A DNA stretch of 64,000 bases from Thermoanaerobaculia bacterium (GCA_963816185.1 CAWFJJ010000030.1:224001-288000), one strand, 5' to 3'; positions 18,327 to 28,941 are shown, counted from the first letter of the stretch. Notes: generated by a model from the letters alone, not told the origin. Translations and numbers: made by a program.

Positions 18327-21300
18327 TCAGTCTCCCGAGACGACGAGGATCGATCCGGCCGAGAAAGCGTTGAATTCCGGCGCATACATCGATTGCACGG
18401 TCGCGGGCCCCACGCGGAACGTTCCGGCCATGTTCGCGCGCAACCTGTACTTGAACGTGTACTGCCCCACCGGCAGACGCTCGAAGAAGAAGTTCGTGGC
18501 CGAGTCGCGCGTCTCCTCGTACCAGGCGATCCCGAGGTCCCACTTCCAGCGCGAGACCGCGTTCTCCGGCTCGAGGCCGGCCGCGCGCGGATCCCTCAGG
18601 TGAACGTACTCCGCCTCGTGCTTCGTCCCGAGAGAGATCTGCACCTCGATCTCGTCGCCCGGCTTCAGCACCGCGCCCTCCGCGAGCGGCGTCAGGACGA
18701 ACTCGCGTCCGTTCGTCGCGCGTCGGAAGTACGTCCGCGACACGGAGAAGAAGTCGCCGCGGGCCTCGGAGGGGAGCTTCTCCGTGGAGTAGTGCCAAAC
18801 CGCCGAGGCGAACGCGAAGCCTTTGCTCTCCTTCTCGACGACGACGGTCGAGGTCGTCTTCGGATCGATCTTGTCTCCGGGCACGACGACGCGGTTGTTC
18901 TTCCCGGTGTACGTGGCTGGGTCGAACGTGAACGTGACCTTCTGCGTCCCGACCGTGACCGTCGCGTCCTCGGGGATGCCGAGCGCGCCTTCACGCTTCA
19001 GGTAGTGGACGAGGGAGTAGATGACTTCGGCCGTCGCCCGTGTGGACTTCCACTGGTTCAGCTTCTTGTTGAGGAGCAGCCACTGGACGATGCCGTCCGT
19101 CTTCGGGTTCTCACTGTCCAGCTCGAGGAGCGTGCGCAGGGCGAAGGCCTGCGTCTCGATCGTGTCGTTGTACCAGAGCCACGAGCGGTCCTCCGGAGCC
19201 CAGAACGTGCCCTGCTCGTCGTTCGACTTCGCCGAGTCCATGACGGACGCCCACACGAGGCGCGCATCCGACGGACGGCCCATGCGCTTCAACGTCAGGG
19301 CGAGGTACCCCTTCAGATAAGGCGAGTGCCCCTTCCAGTGCTTGAACGAGTAGTCGAGCATCTCCCGGCGCTCGGCCTCGGTGATCGCGCCGTTCGTCCA
19401 GGACGCGTCGGGGTACGCCGAAACGACGTAGTTCAGGAACGTGATGAACTCGTAGCACCCGTTCAGCCCCATGCACCGCTTCCACTCCGACCGGTAGTGC
19501 TCGCCGACGTAGGAGAACGCGCGCTGGACCATGTCCTTCGGCACGTCCACGCCGAACTCGGCGGCCTTCGCGAAGCCGTGGAGGATGTAGAGCGTCATGT
19601 ACGGCGACGGCGGGCCGCCCGGAAACCACGGAAATCCGCCGACGGACGTCTGCGCCTTGCGAAGGCGCGCGAGCGCCGACTCGCGGTTCTCCCGCGCGAC
19701 GCGCGGGTCGAGGACGTCGATCGATTCGAAGTCGGTGCGACCGCCGCGTGCCGGCACGAGCCAGGGCGTTTCTTCGAGCGCCATCTTCCGATTCGGGTCC
19801 AGGGCGTCCCAGCTCTCGAGAGGAGTCGTCCGCTTCGCCATCTCGGCGGCCATCTTCGCGACGGCGGGATAGTCCTTGAAGACGCTCGAGACGATGCCTG
19901 TCGAGACGAAGCGGTTCAGCGTCTGCTCCGTGCACTCGTACGGGTAGTTGACGAGATACGGGAGGGCCTGGAGCACCGTGTAGAAGAGCTGCGCGTCGAC
20001 CGTCACGACCATCTGCTCGTTCACGAGCGTCGGGTCGTCGTTCTTCGCGAGGTCGTCGAAGCGAAGGGTCTTCCTATCCTTGTTCTTGAGAGTGACGAAC
20101 CGCGACTGGACGAGGTGCATCCGGCCGGGCAGAACGGGCACGGGGCGCAGCTCGCCGTCCGACACGTCGCCGGAGGTCGCCGTGACCTTGAACGCGGCGT
20201 TTCTCAGGCCTCGCGGGGCCGTCACGTGGAACGTCAGGTTCGTTCCGCCGCCCGCCTTCACGGTGAACGGCTTGTTAGCAGCGGCGCCGGCGACGCCGAA
20301 CGCCGCGTTCAGGCTCGTGTTCCGGTCGGGATCGAGGATCTCGAGCGCGAGAGTTCCGGAAAGCGGCTTGTCGGACGCGTTGTTCACGACCACCTTGATC
20401 GAAGCCTTGTCGCCCTCGCGCAGGAAGCGCGGCATGTACGGGCGGACCATGAGGTCTTTTACGGTCCGCGTCTCTTCTTCCACAGAGCCGCCACGCAGGT
20501 CTTTCGTGACGGCGTGGACGAAGACGTTCCATGAGGTGACGGAATCGGGGACCGTGAACGAGATGGTGGCCGAGCCGTCGGCGTCCGTCAGCAGTTGCGG
20601 CTGCCAGAAGGCGGTCTCGGAAAAGTTGCTTCGGAGGGCGGCCGGCGGCGCATTGCCTGCGTCGCCGCCACTCATCGTACCGGTGTCTATTTTCTTGGAG
20701 AGAGAATCCCGTTCCCTGTCGCGCATGTCCGACGCGGCATTCGGCTTTCCTTCCGCAACGGCGTTGAGGGACATCTCCTGCCGCGCCGACTTCATGGCCA
20801 TGGGCGCGGAGGCGGGCATCACGCCGCCTCCCAACCCGCCCCGTCTCCCCGGGCCGCCGATGCCGTAGCCTTCGTCGAACTTCAGACGGTCGACCGTGAG
20901 GCCGCCCCACGAAGGCGGGGGCGGAAAGCCGCCGCTCGTCAGCCACAACGGCTGTGCCGCGCCCAGCGTGGCGCGCCAGGTCAGAGGAGTCGCCCGGTTC
21001 GGCAGGAGTTGAAGAGGACTCGGCGGCCGGTGCGGCGCGAAGATGTCGAGGCTCCGGTCGTACATGTACGCGAGGAGCTCGGCCGTCTCGGCGAGCGGGT
21101 GCTCTTTCGTCGCGCCCTTCACGGTGACGCGCCATGTCTCGGTCTGGCCGGGCCGTAAGCGGTCGCGGAACGTCGCGAACGCGACCTTCAGCTCCCGGTC
21201 GTCCCAAGGCACGTAGACGGTCTGCGTCTGCTGGAGGAACTGGTGGTCGCGCACGGCCGTCACCGCGATGCCCAGTCCGCCGCGATCCTCCTCCGTGATC

Positions 21301-24300
21301 GTACGCTCGATCAGGGCCGCGTCCGTGCCGGCGCGCAGAACGCGGCGCTCGATGACCTTGCCGGCGCGGGCGACGTCGAGGTACAGCGTCTGGCCCTTGA
21401 TCCCGGACGCCACGAGAAAACGTGCGACGCCGCCCACCTTCACGGAGGATGACTCGGCGAGGAGGACGAGCGGCAGCGCGGGGACGGCCTTCGAACCTGC
21501 GACGAGGAAATCCTGCGCCATCTCGTACGTCGCTCCGAACTCGTCGACGGTCGAGTAGCGCAGCCGGTAGGCGCCCGCGGCCAGCGCGGGCAGGTCGAGC
21601 TTCGCCTCGCCCTTCGCGTCGTGCGTCACGGCGCCGGACGCCGCCTGAGCACCGTCCTTCCACGCGTGCAGCCACTCGTCGACGGAGTAGTCGGCCGACC
21701 AGCGCGGGCGGAGCAGGTCGCCGGGCGTCTGAAATTCCTTGCTCCTTGCGCTCGTGGCCGCTTCGTTCAGAGCGGCGCGCGGCTCACCCGGCGAGACGCT
21801 GTTTTCGGATTGCTTAGAAGGGAATTCAGCCGGGAGCAACGTCTTCTCTGGCGGGGTGAGCCGCAGCAGACGCCAGGTTCCCTTTCCCGCCTTCGGGTTG
21901 CCGTCGAGATCAGTCCTGACGATCTTGACGTCGCTCTGCGCTCCGCCGCCGCGCGCCAGCGCCGCGTTTCCCCCGGCCCTATTACCTTCTAAGAAATATT
22001 GTCTTTCTCTCTCCACGGTCGCCTTCACGCTCACGAACCCGAGACGAAACGATCTCTCCTGAGAGCGCGTCTCGCCCCCCTCGTCGGTAACGTCCGCCGA
22101 GAGGCGGTAGCGGTACGTCACGTCCTTGCCGGCGCGCTCGTCGGCCTTCGGCGTGAAGGTGACGGCGAAGGTCCCGTCCTGAGCGAGGGAGGTGCGGCCC
22201 GTCGCGACGGTCTCGGCTCCGGTCGGGCGGGAGCCGCCCCACCAGCCCCACCACCACGGGTACTCGGCCTCGCGCGTGACGCGCCAGGCGACGCTCCCGT
22301 TCGTGACGGGCAGGCCGAAGTAGTAACGCGACCCGCCGTGGAACGTCGCGGGCCGGTTGAGGCGCAGCGCGTCTTTCGGGGCATCGAGCGTCGTCTCGAA
22401 CGTCGGCCGCTTGTACTCCTCGACGCGGATGGAGGCGGCCCCCCCGGTCGCGCACCGGACGCTCCAGGCGCCGAGCGCGCGTCCCGCGGGGATCGAGAAC
22501 TCTCCCGCGACCGAACCGTAGGCGTTCGACGAAACGGTCCTCGACTCCACGGCCTGACCGTTCGCGTCGACGAGCGTGAGCGTCACGGGCGTCTGGGGCA
22601 CGACGCGCCACCGCGCGAGATCGCTCCGGCCGCTGAAGACGACCGCCTTCCAGAGCACCTTCTGGAGCGGCCGGTAAATGCTGCGGTCCGTGTAGACGAG
22701 AGCCGAGGACGTCTCCGAGAGCGCCGGCCGGTTCCAGAAGCCGAGAAAAGTCGGATCGAGCGCCACGTCGTCACCGCGCCGCGCGAAGAGAAAATGCGAT
22801 CTTCCGTTTCGGTCGGGGCCCGGCGCGAACGCCACGAGGCCGTCCGCCGAGGTCCGCGCCGTTGCCGCGCGCGCGTGCCCCGCCTGCCAGTCGTACCTCC
22901 AGAGCGCGACGCTCACGCCCGCCGCGGGCTGACCCGTCGTCCCGGAGACGGCACGCGCCTCGAAGCCGCCCTCGTTCGTCTGGCGGATGTTGAGGACGAG
23001 GTCCGTGATGAGAAGGCCGGCCGCGCGCAGCGGGTTCTGACCGGTCGAGAAATCGGACCGCGGCGACGCCACGATCACGTAGAACCCGCGTGCGAGCGCC
23101 GGCGGAGTCACGAACGTCCGGTGCAGCTTGAAGTCGGGAGTGGCGGGCAGGTCGACGCGGAAGGTGGCTGCGGGCGTCGCACTCGCCACGAGGGCGTCCA
23201 GCTCCTTGCCCTGGGGCAGGAGGTTGTAATCCCTCGCGCGAGAGAGGCGCTCCTCGAGGTCCACGGAATACGCACGGAAATGGAGCGCGGCGAGATTGCG
23301 GTGAGTCACTTCGATCGAGCGCCGTCCCGGGCCGTCCGCCGCCATCGCCGCGAGCCTGTAGTCGGGCTGCTCGATCTCCCCCACGATCGCCCGGCAGCGT
23401 TCGCCTCCGGTCGAACGGGGATACGCCTTGTCTCCTTCGAGGGCGAGAGAGCGCGCCTTCACGAGGCTGCCCGGCCGGTCGTCGGCCTTCACGAGCTCCG
23501 CGAGCTCGGCCTTCCCCATCGCCCACCAGGGGACGTCCGCGAGGGCAACGAGGCGCTTGGCGAGATCGCGCCGGATGAGCGAGCGGTCGGACGCGTCCGT
23601 CAACGCGGCGTGAAGGCGCCGCGCGCGCTCGAGCCGCACCTCGAGGGCGGCTTCGCGCTCGCCGCGGCCCGCGTGCCAGGCCTCGAGATCGTCGAGGACG
23701 GCGCCCAGCTTGACGAGCGGATGGACGGAAGCGTCCTCGAGCGCCACGAGCCGTGAAGCGGCCGGATCGCCTGCGACGAGCAGTTCGCGATCGAGCTCGA
23801 AAACGCCGTTCGATTGCTCGGGCCGCCAGAAAGTCGAGTCGGCGAGGACCTCGACGAATAGATAGGCCGTGGCGTCCCGCAGCGTGTCGCGAATCCCCTT
23901 CGGATAGCTGTTCGGCACGAGGTACTCGTCGAACACCGCGACCTTAGCGTTTCCGAGCGCCTCGCGATCGCGAAAAACCTCGGCGTACGTGCGGACGGCC
24001 TCGCCCGCGATCTGCTCGCGCGTCCACGCCTTGAGGTCGACGGCTCCCGTCGACGCCACCTTCTCGCGCTGCCCGATCTCCCACGCGTACGCGCGGGCAT
24101 AGGTCACGAGCGACTGCGCGTAGAAGAGCCGCAGGGCCGTTCGGGGCAGCAGAGTCTTCGGCCACGGCTGGTCCTTGAGAAAGCGGACCGACGTCTCGTA
24201 CCCGTGGAGCGCGGTCCGGAGCTGGACCTCGCGGACGAGGGCCTTCGCCTCGTCCGCTTCGTCGCCCGCGGCCCGCGCCGCCTCGCGAATCTTCGCGACG

Positions 24301-24482
24301 CGCTGCGAGGCTTCCTCGAGCTTCTGTTCCGAGACGAGACGCTCGACCTCCTTCCACGTGGCGGCGCCGCCCGTCGCGCGGGCCTCGTCGGAGAAAGGTC
24401 GGGCGAGGGCGATCGCGCCGGCGGCCGCGAGGGCCACGGCGCCGAGGCCGAGCAGGGAGAGACGGCGAGGGGCGAGTCGCAT
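18327..24482 (-). CDS. Bacterial alpha-2-macroglobulin
   Basis: 2051 aa; YTDRSIYRP, EEYKRP, LRSNFSETAFW, PRFLREGD, thioester motif YPYECTEQ and C-terminal SMYAPEF. Confidence 0.93.
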   Translation of the reverse strand: MRLAPRRLSLLGLGAVALAAAGAIALARPFSDEARATGGAATWKEVERLVSEQKLEEASQRVAKIREAARAAGDEADEAKALVREVQLRTALHGYETSVRFLKDQPWPKTLLPRTALRLFYAQSLVTYARAYAWEIGQREKVASTGAVDLKAWTREQIAGEAVRTYAEVFRDREALGNAKVAVFDEYLVPNSYPKGIRDTLRDATAYLFVEVLADSTFWRPEQSNGVFELDRELLVAGDPAASRLVALEDASVHPLVKLGAVLDDLEAWHAGRGEREAALEVRLERARRLHAALTDASDRSLIRRDLAKRLVALADVPWWAMGKAELAELVKADDRPGSLVKARSLALEGDKAYPRSTGGERCRAIVGEIEQPDYRLAAMAADGPGRRSIEVTHRNLAALHFRAYSVDLEERLSRARDYNLLPQGKELDALVASATPAATFRVDLPATPDFKLHRTFVTPPALARGFYVIVASPRSDFSTGQNPLRAAGLLITDLVLNIRQTNEGGFEARAVSGTTGQPAAGVSVALWRYDWQAGHARAATARTSADGLVAFAPGPDRNGRSHFLFARRGDDVALDPTFLGFWNRPALSETSSALVYTDRSIYRPLQKVLWKAVVFSGRSDLARWRVVPQTPVTLTLVDANGQAVESRTVSSNAYGSVAGEFSIPAGRALGAWSVRCATGGAASIRVEEYKRPTFETTLDAPKDALRLNRPATFHGGSRYYFGLPVTNGSVAWRVTREAEYPWWWGWWGGSRPTGAETVATGRTSLAQDGTFAVTFTPKADERAGKDVTYRYRLSADVTDEGGETRSQERSFRLGFVSVKATVERERQYFLEGNRAGGNAALARGGGAQSDVKIVRTDLDGNPKAGKGTWRLLRLTPPEKTLLPAEFPSKQSENSVSPGEPRAALNEAATSARSKEFQTPGDLLRPRWSADYSVDEWLHAWKDGAQAASGAVTHDAKGEAKLDLPALAAGAYRLRYSTVDEFGATYEMAQDFLVAGSKAVPALPLVLLAESSSVKVGGVARFLVASGIKGQTLYLDVARAGKVIERRVLRAGTDAALIERTITEEDRGGLGIAVTAVRDHQFLQQTQTVYVPWDDRELKVAFATFRDRLRPGQTETWRVTVKGATKEHPLAETAELLAYMYDRSLDIFAPHRPPSPLQLLPNRATPLTWRATLGAAQPLWLTSGGFPPPPSWGGLTVDRLKFDEGYGIGGPGRRGGLGGGVMPASAPMAMKSARQEMSLNAVAEGKPNAASDMRDRERDSLSKKIDTGTMSGGDAGNAPPAALRSNFSETAFWQPQLLTDADGSATISFTVPDSVTSWNVFVHAVTKDLRGGSVEEETRTVKDLMVRPYMPRFLREGDKASIKVVVNNASDKPLSGTLALEILDPDRNTSLNAAFGVAGAAANKPFTVKAGGGTNLTFHVTAPRGLRNAAFKVTATSGDVSDGELRPVPVLPGRMHLVQSRFVTLKNKDRKTLRFDDLAKNDDPTLVNEQMVVTVDAQLFYTVLQALPYLVNYPYECTEQTLNRFVSTGIVSSVFKDYPAVAKMAAEMAKRTTPLESWDALDPNRKMALEETPWLVPARGGRTDFESIDVLDPRVARENRESALARLRKAQTSVGGFPWFPGGPPSPYMTLYILHGFAKAAEFGVDVPKDMVQRAFSYVGEHYRSEWKRCMGLNGCYEFITFLNYVVSAYPDASWTNGAITEAERREMLDYSFKHWKGHSPYLKGYLALTLKRMGRPSDARLVWASVMDSAKSNDEQGTFWAPEDRSWLWYNDTIETQAFALRTLLELDSENPKTDGIVQWLLLNKKLNQWKSTRATAEVIYSLVHYLKREGALGIPEDATVTVGTQKVTFTFDPATYTGKNNRVVVPGDKIDPKTTSTVVVEKESKGFAFASAVWHYSTEKLPSEARGDFFSVSRTYFRRATNGREFVLTPLAEGAVLKPGDEIEVQISLGTKHEAEYVHLRDPRAAGLEPENAVSRWKWDLGIAWYEETRDSATNFFFERLPVGQYTFKYRLRANMAGTFRVGPATVQSMYAPEFNAFSAGSILVVSGD

Positions 24483-24531
24483 GAATCCTCCGCGAGTCTA
24501 TGACCCCGGGCGCGCAGGAAGGTTCCCCGGG

Positions 24532-26967
24532 TCAGCGCATGAGGCGGAACGCGGCGACGGCCTCGAGGCGGAGACCAGGGAGCGACGCGAACGACTTCTT
24601 CGAGAGACGGCGGACGAGCGAGGCCCAGTCGGGGATGCGGCCGCCCGCGGCCTTCTTGAGCATGCTCAGCCAGTCTTCCGGACGGAGACCGCGCGCGTCG
24701 GCGCGCCTCCGGAGGATCAGCTCGGCCCAGTCGGCACGCGGCGTGCCGTCGAAGGCGACCGCCGCCGCCTCGACGCCCGCGCCCCGCCGGAAGACGAAGA
24801 GCAACCCCGCTCCCGAGGTGCGCGCCTTCTCGAGCAGGAGGAGGCCCACCCGGCCGCGCACCCCGTCCTGAAGCTCCTGAAAGATCCCCTCCACGAGTGC
24901 GTGACCCGAGGCGAAAAAATCGAGGTCTTCCTTCAGCACGGCCTCTCCGCGGTCGAACGTGCCGAGCCAGCGCGCGCCTCCGGGCACGCCGGGCAGGTGC
25001 TCGACGAGGGCGTCCGCGCCGAACTCCACGTACCACGTGCGCTTCCCCGCGCGCTCCTGCGTCTCGAAACCGTGGAGGTCCACGGCGTCGATGACGAACC
25101 GCTCCATGCGTGCGTCGAGGTCGAAAGGAACGCGCGCGAGAATGTTCCGCGCTTTCTCCGCCGTATAGCCGTCGTGGTGAAGATGATGGTAGACGGCCCG
25201 CTGCCGCGCGTCGGCCGCGCTCCGGACCTCGGCCGCCAATGCTTCGATGGGAAGAGCCCGTCCGACGCTCGCGAACCGCTCGGCTCTCCGGATCGCGGCT
25301 TCGACGTCGGCGAGCGAACGTTCGAGGCCGCCGAGCGGCGACGAGAAGAGGCCGATGCGCTCGTAGAGGTCCACGACCTCGCGCTCGAACCCGCGGGGCG
25401 GACGAAAGTAGACGATCTCGACAGGCGTCGTCCGGTTGATGCGGTCGAGGCGGCCGATGCGCTGCTCCACCGCGGCCGGATCGCGCGGCAGGTCGAAGAG
25501 GACGAGCCGGCGGCAGAACTCGAAGTTGCGGCCCTCGCCGCCGGCTTCGGTCGAGATCAAAAGAGACGGACCGTCGGGCCGCCGGAACTCCGCCACCTCG
25601 ACGTCTCCGCGCTCCGGGGTGAGCTCCTCGTGAAAGATCGCGACGCGTTTGCGAGTCGCGGACTCCAGCCTCCTCTTGAGGGCCGAAAGCGTCTCGCGCT
25701 CGTGAACGAAGACGAGCGTCTTAGCGGTCCCGGCCGCGCGCCATTCCTCGTCCCGCCTCGCGAGCCACTCGACGCGCGGGTCGGCCTCGTCCTTCACGTC
25801 GCCGGTCAGGCCGGCGGAGGGCACGCTCCCGAGGTCGACGGGCACAGCCACCCGGGGCGGGAACCCGCCGATGTCCACGCGCCGAGTCGCGCTCGTGCAC
25901 GGCGGCAGCGGCTCGCCGCGCTCGAGAGCCGCGAGGAACGCCTCCTCGGATCTGTAGGCGTCGGGCCGAAGGAGCTCGAGCAGGCGGAAGAAGCCGTGCG
26001 GGTCCGCCTCGAGCGGCGCCGCGGAGAGCAGCAGCACGTGGCGCGCGACGCGGGTGAGCGGCGCGACGGCGCGATAAGCGTCGCTTCCGGCGTCGCCCCT
26101 CGCGCGCTCGAGGCGGTGCGCTTCGTCCACGACGAGAAGATCGAACCCCGCCCCCTCGGCCTGCGCGGAGAGCCGGGGATCTCCGATGAAGTCCTCGAGC
26201 GCGATGATCGCGTGCCGGTGTGCCTCGAAGGGGTTGAAGCCTTCGCCGTGCTCCTTGACGACGTCCTCGCGCCTCTTGCGGTCCAGGAGGACGAATGTCT
26301 GGTGGAACTTGCGGTAGAGCTCGCCGAGCCACTGGACCGTCAGCATCGCGGGCGCGACGACGAGCGCGCGATCGGCCCGGTCCGTGCGCAGGAGGCGCGA
26401 GAGGATGAGGCAGGCCTCGATCGTCTTGCCGAGACCCACCTCGTCGGCGAGCAGCCAGCGGACGGGATCGGACGCCGTGGCGCGCTCGGCGACGTCGAGC
26501 TGGTGCGGATAAAGCGCGATGCGACCGCCGAGGAAGGAGCCCAGTCCGGCCGCCTGGCGGATCTCGGCGAGCAGGAGGCCGTCGAGCCGGTTCCGGAGCG
26601 CGGCCGCACGGTCCGTCTGGAGCACGGCGAGGCGCTCGACAGGGTCGTCCGGCGGCGCGAGGGGCCAGAGGAGCACCGGGTCCACGGTTCGCCCGTCGGT
26701 CAGAAGCGCGCCGGACGCCCCGACCGCGGCCACGAGGACCTCTCCCTCCTCGCCCTCGAGCCGTGCCTTCTGACCGGCGCCGAGCGACAACGGGCGCAGC
26801 GCCTTGTCGTCGGCCGCGAGCGTCAGGCGCGTCTCGGTAGCCGGGAAGAAGACGACGATGCGCCGCCCGTCCACCTTCTCGACGCGCCCCGGTCCGAGGT
26901 CGGGGTTGAACTTGTGGAACAGCTTGTCGTTTTCGCGGAAGGCGGGCACGAGAACGCGATCGTGCAC
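24532..26967 (-). CDS. RapA/HepA-like SNF2-family helicase/ATPase
   Basis: LLADEVGLGKT, DEAH, STEAGGEGRN and EQRIGRLDRI; N-terminal Tudor-like DLGPGRV segment. Confidence 0.87.
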   Translation of the reverse strand: MHDRVLVPAFRENDKLFHKFNPDLGPGRVEKVDGRRIVVFFPATETRLTLAADDKALRPLSLGAGQKARLEGEEGEVLVAAVGASGALLTDGRTVDPVLLWPLAPPDDPVERLAVLQTDRAAALRNRLDGLLLAEIRQAAGLGSFLGGRIALYPHQLDVAERATASDPVRWLLADEVGLGKTIEACLILSRLLRTDRADRALVVAPAMLTVQWLGELYRKFHQTFVLLDRKRREDVVKEHGEGFNPFEAHRHAIIALEDFIGDPRLSAQAEGAGFDLLVVDEAHRLERARGDAGSDAYRAVAPLTRVARHVLLLSAAPLEADPHGFFRLLELLRPDAYRSEEAFLAALERGEPLPPCTSATRRVDIGGFPPRVAVPVDLGSVPSAGLTGDVKDEADPRVEWLARRDEEWRAAGTAKTLVFVHERETLSALKRRLESATRKRVAIFHEELTPERGDVEVAEFRRPDGPSLLISTEAGGEGRNFEFCRRLVLFDLPRDPAAVEQRIGRLDRINRTTPVEIVYFRPPRGFEREVVDLYERIGLFSSPLGGLERSLADVEAAIRRAERFASVGRALPIEALAAEVRSAADARQRAVYHHLHHDGYTAEKARNILARVPFDLDARMERFVIDAVDLHGFETQERAGKRTWYVEFGADALVEHLPGVPGGARWLGTFDRGEAVLKEDLDFFASGHALVEGIFQELQDGVRGRVGLLLLEKARTSGAGLLFVFRRGAGVEAAAVAFDGTPRADWAELILRRRADARGLRPEDWLSMLKKAAGGRIPDWASLVRRLSKKSFASLPGLRLEAVAAFRLMR

Positions 26968-27013
26968 GGGGATGTGCGATCCGGCAAGCGGACGCGCGAG
27001 AGGGCAGCGGCGC

Positions 27014-28132
27014 TCAGCGCAGCGCCTGATCCAGGTCCGCGATCAGGTCGTCCGGGTGCTCGAGGCCGATCGAGAGCCGGATGAGATCCTGAGGCGTGGT
27101 CGAGCCCGCGCCTTCGCTCGTCGCCCGGTGCTCGATCAGGCTCTCGACCGCTCCGAGCGACGTCGCGCGCACGAAGAGCTTTGCCCGTCCCACCGCCGCG
27201 ATCGCGGCGTCGCGGCCCGCCTTCACGTGGAAGGACAGCATCCCGCCGAAGCCCGACATCTGCCGCGCGGCGATGGCATGGCCGTGGTGTGACGGCAGGC
27301 CCGGATAGTTCACGCGCGACACCGCCGAGTGCTCCTCGAGCGCGCGCGCGACCGCGAGCGCATTCGCGCTGTGCCTCGCCACGCGCACCGCGAGCGATCG
27401 CAGCCCGCGCAGGACGAGCCACGCGTTGAACGGCGCGAGGACGGCCCCGAGAATGTGGCGGACGTGCATCGCCTTTTCGAACGTCTCGTCCCGGCGCTTG
27501 AACACGAGCACCCCGCCCTGCACGTCGCTGTGGCCGCCGAAGTACTTCGTCACGGAATGAAGCGCCACGTCGGCTCCGAGGTCGAGGGGCCGCTGCAGGG
27601 CGGGAGTCGCGAACGTGTTGTCGACGACGGTGCGCGCCCCGGAAGCCCGAGCGGCCTCCGCGATCGCCGCGATGTCCGAGACCCTCAGGAGCGGATTCGA
27701 CGGCGACTCCAGGAAGACGAGGCGCGTGGCAGGCTTCAGCGCCCGCCTCACGGCGTCGAGGTCGTCCATCGGACAGAAGCTCGCCGTGAGGCCCCACTGC
27801 GGGAGAAACTCCTGCGCCACGACCCGCCAGCCGTAGTACGCGTCGTCCGGCATGAGAACGTGCGCGCCCGCCGGCAGTGTCTGCAGGAGCGCGACGCCCG
27901 CCGCCATCCCCGAGGCGAACGCGAGCGCGCCCGCTCCGCCCTCGAGAGGCGCGAGGGCGTCTTCGAGAAGCGCCTGCATGGGATTCGACTCGCGGATGTA
28001 CGTGTGCGCGCCGAGAGGAGCCAGGTCCGCGTCGCGCTCGAATGTCGTGGACAGGTACAAGGGGGGTGCGACCGAGCCCGTGGCGGGCTCGGGACGGCGT
28101 CCCGCGTGTACCGCGAGCGTTTCGAACTTCAT
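27014..28132 (-). CDS. Cys/Met metabolism PLP enzyme (cystathionine gamma-synthase/lyase family)
   Basis: FASGMAA, ESPSNP, DNTFATP, HSVTKYFGGHSD and RLSIGLE; start MKFETLAVHAG at 28132. Confidence 0.9.
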   Translation of the reverse strand: MKFETLAVHAGRRPEPATGSVAPPLYLSTTFERDADLAPLGAHTYIRESNPMQALLEDALAPLEGGAGALAFASGMAAGVALLQTLPAGAHVLMPDDAYYGWRVVAQEFLPQWGLTASFCPMDDLDAVRRALKPATRLVFLESPSNPLLRVSDIAAIAEAARASGARTVVDNTFATPALQRPLDLGADVALHSVTKYFGGHSDVQGGVLVFKRRDETFEKAMHVRHILGAVLAPFNAWLVLRGLRSLAVRVARHSANALAVARALEEHSAVSRVNYPGLPSHHGHAIAARQMSGFGGMLSFHVKAGRDAAIAAVGRAKLFVRATSLGAVESLIEHRATSEGAGSTTPQDLIRLSIGLEHPDDLIADLDQALR

Positions 28133-28172
28133 CGCATCGTGCGGGGCGTCGGTGTGTGGCACGATTCCCTCC

Positions 28173-28898
28173 GTGAAACTTCCGATTCTTCTCGGGCTGG
28201 CCGCCACTCTGACTGCTTTCCCGCTCGGGGCGCAAGCCCCCACGCCGTCCAAGCCGGACGTCGCCGAGGGCCTCAAACGCGAGCGCGAGCGCCTCGCGAA
28301 CTACCAGTGGCGGCTCAAGACCGAGATGAAGATCGACGGCGTCCTGCGCGTCTCGCGAATCGAGAACGTTCACCTGGGTCCCAGCGGCGAGCTCGCCAAG
28401 AAGATCGTCAGGTTCGACAAGGCGCCGGCTCCGACTCCGTTTCCGGAGCGCGACCCGCGCGCACGATTCGCCGTCCCGCCGACGAACACCGAGGAAGACA
28501 CCCTTTTCGATCAGGCGCAGTCGCTCATGCAGTTCTACGCGCGCCTCTCCCCGGAGCGCGTCCAGGCGTGGGCCGAAAAGGCCGAGCTCATGCCGCCGGA
28601 CCCCGACCGCGCGGGGAAGGTCCGGCTGCACGGCCGCGGCCTCGGACGGCCGCAGGACGACGCCATCCTCTACCTCGACCCGCTGACGAAAGTCGCGAGC
28701 GAGATCGAGGTCAAGACCACGGTCGATCCACGCATCGTCGACATCGCGTTCCTGAGGGCCACGTTCGAGCAGGTCCCGCAGGTGAGGCCCGACGTGCCGG
28801 CCGTCTGGGTGCCGAAGAAGATTTTCCTCAACATGAACCGCGGCAAGCGCGCGGTCACGCTCGAGATGGAGACGAGCGACTGGCGGGCGTGGCCGTAA
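28173..28898 (+). CDS. Hypothetical exported protein
   Basis: GTG start, signal peptide (KLPILLGLAATLTAFPLGA-Q) and GC3-biased codons. Confidence 0.7.
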   Translation: MKLPILLGLAATLTAFPLGAQAPTPSKPDVAEGLKRERERLANYQWRLKTEMKIDGVLRVSRIENVHLGPSGELAKKIVRFDKAPAPTPFPERDPRARFAVPPTNTEEDTLFDQAQSLMQFYARLSPERVQAWAEKAELMPPDPDRAGKVRLHGRGLGRPQDDAILYLDPLTKVASEIEVKTTVDPRIVDIAFLRATFEQVPQVRPDVPAVWVPKKIFLNMNRGKRAVTLEMETSDWRAWP

Positions 28899-28909
28899 GG
28901 AAGGGGGCC

Positions 28910-28940
28910 AGGGGGGAACCGTCAGGGACGGTTCCCCCCT
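28910..28940. terminator. Perfect hairpin between convergent genes (bidirectional terminator or REP-like)
   Basis: AGGGGGGAACCGTC-AGG-GACGGTTCCCCCCT, a 14-bp stem without a U-tract. Confidence 0.6.
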
Positions 28941-28941
28941 G

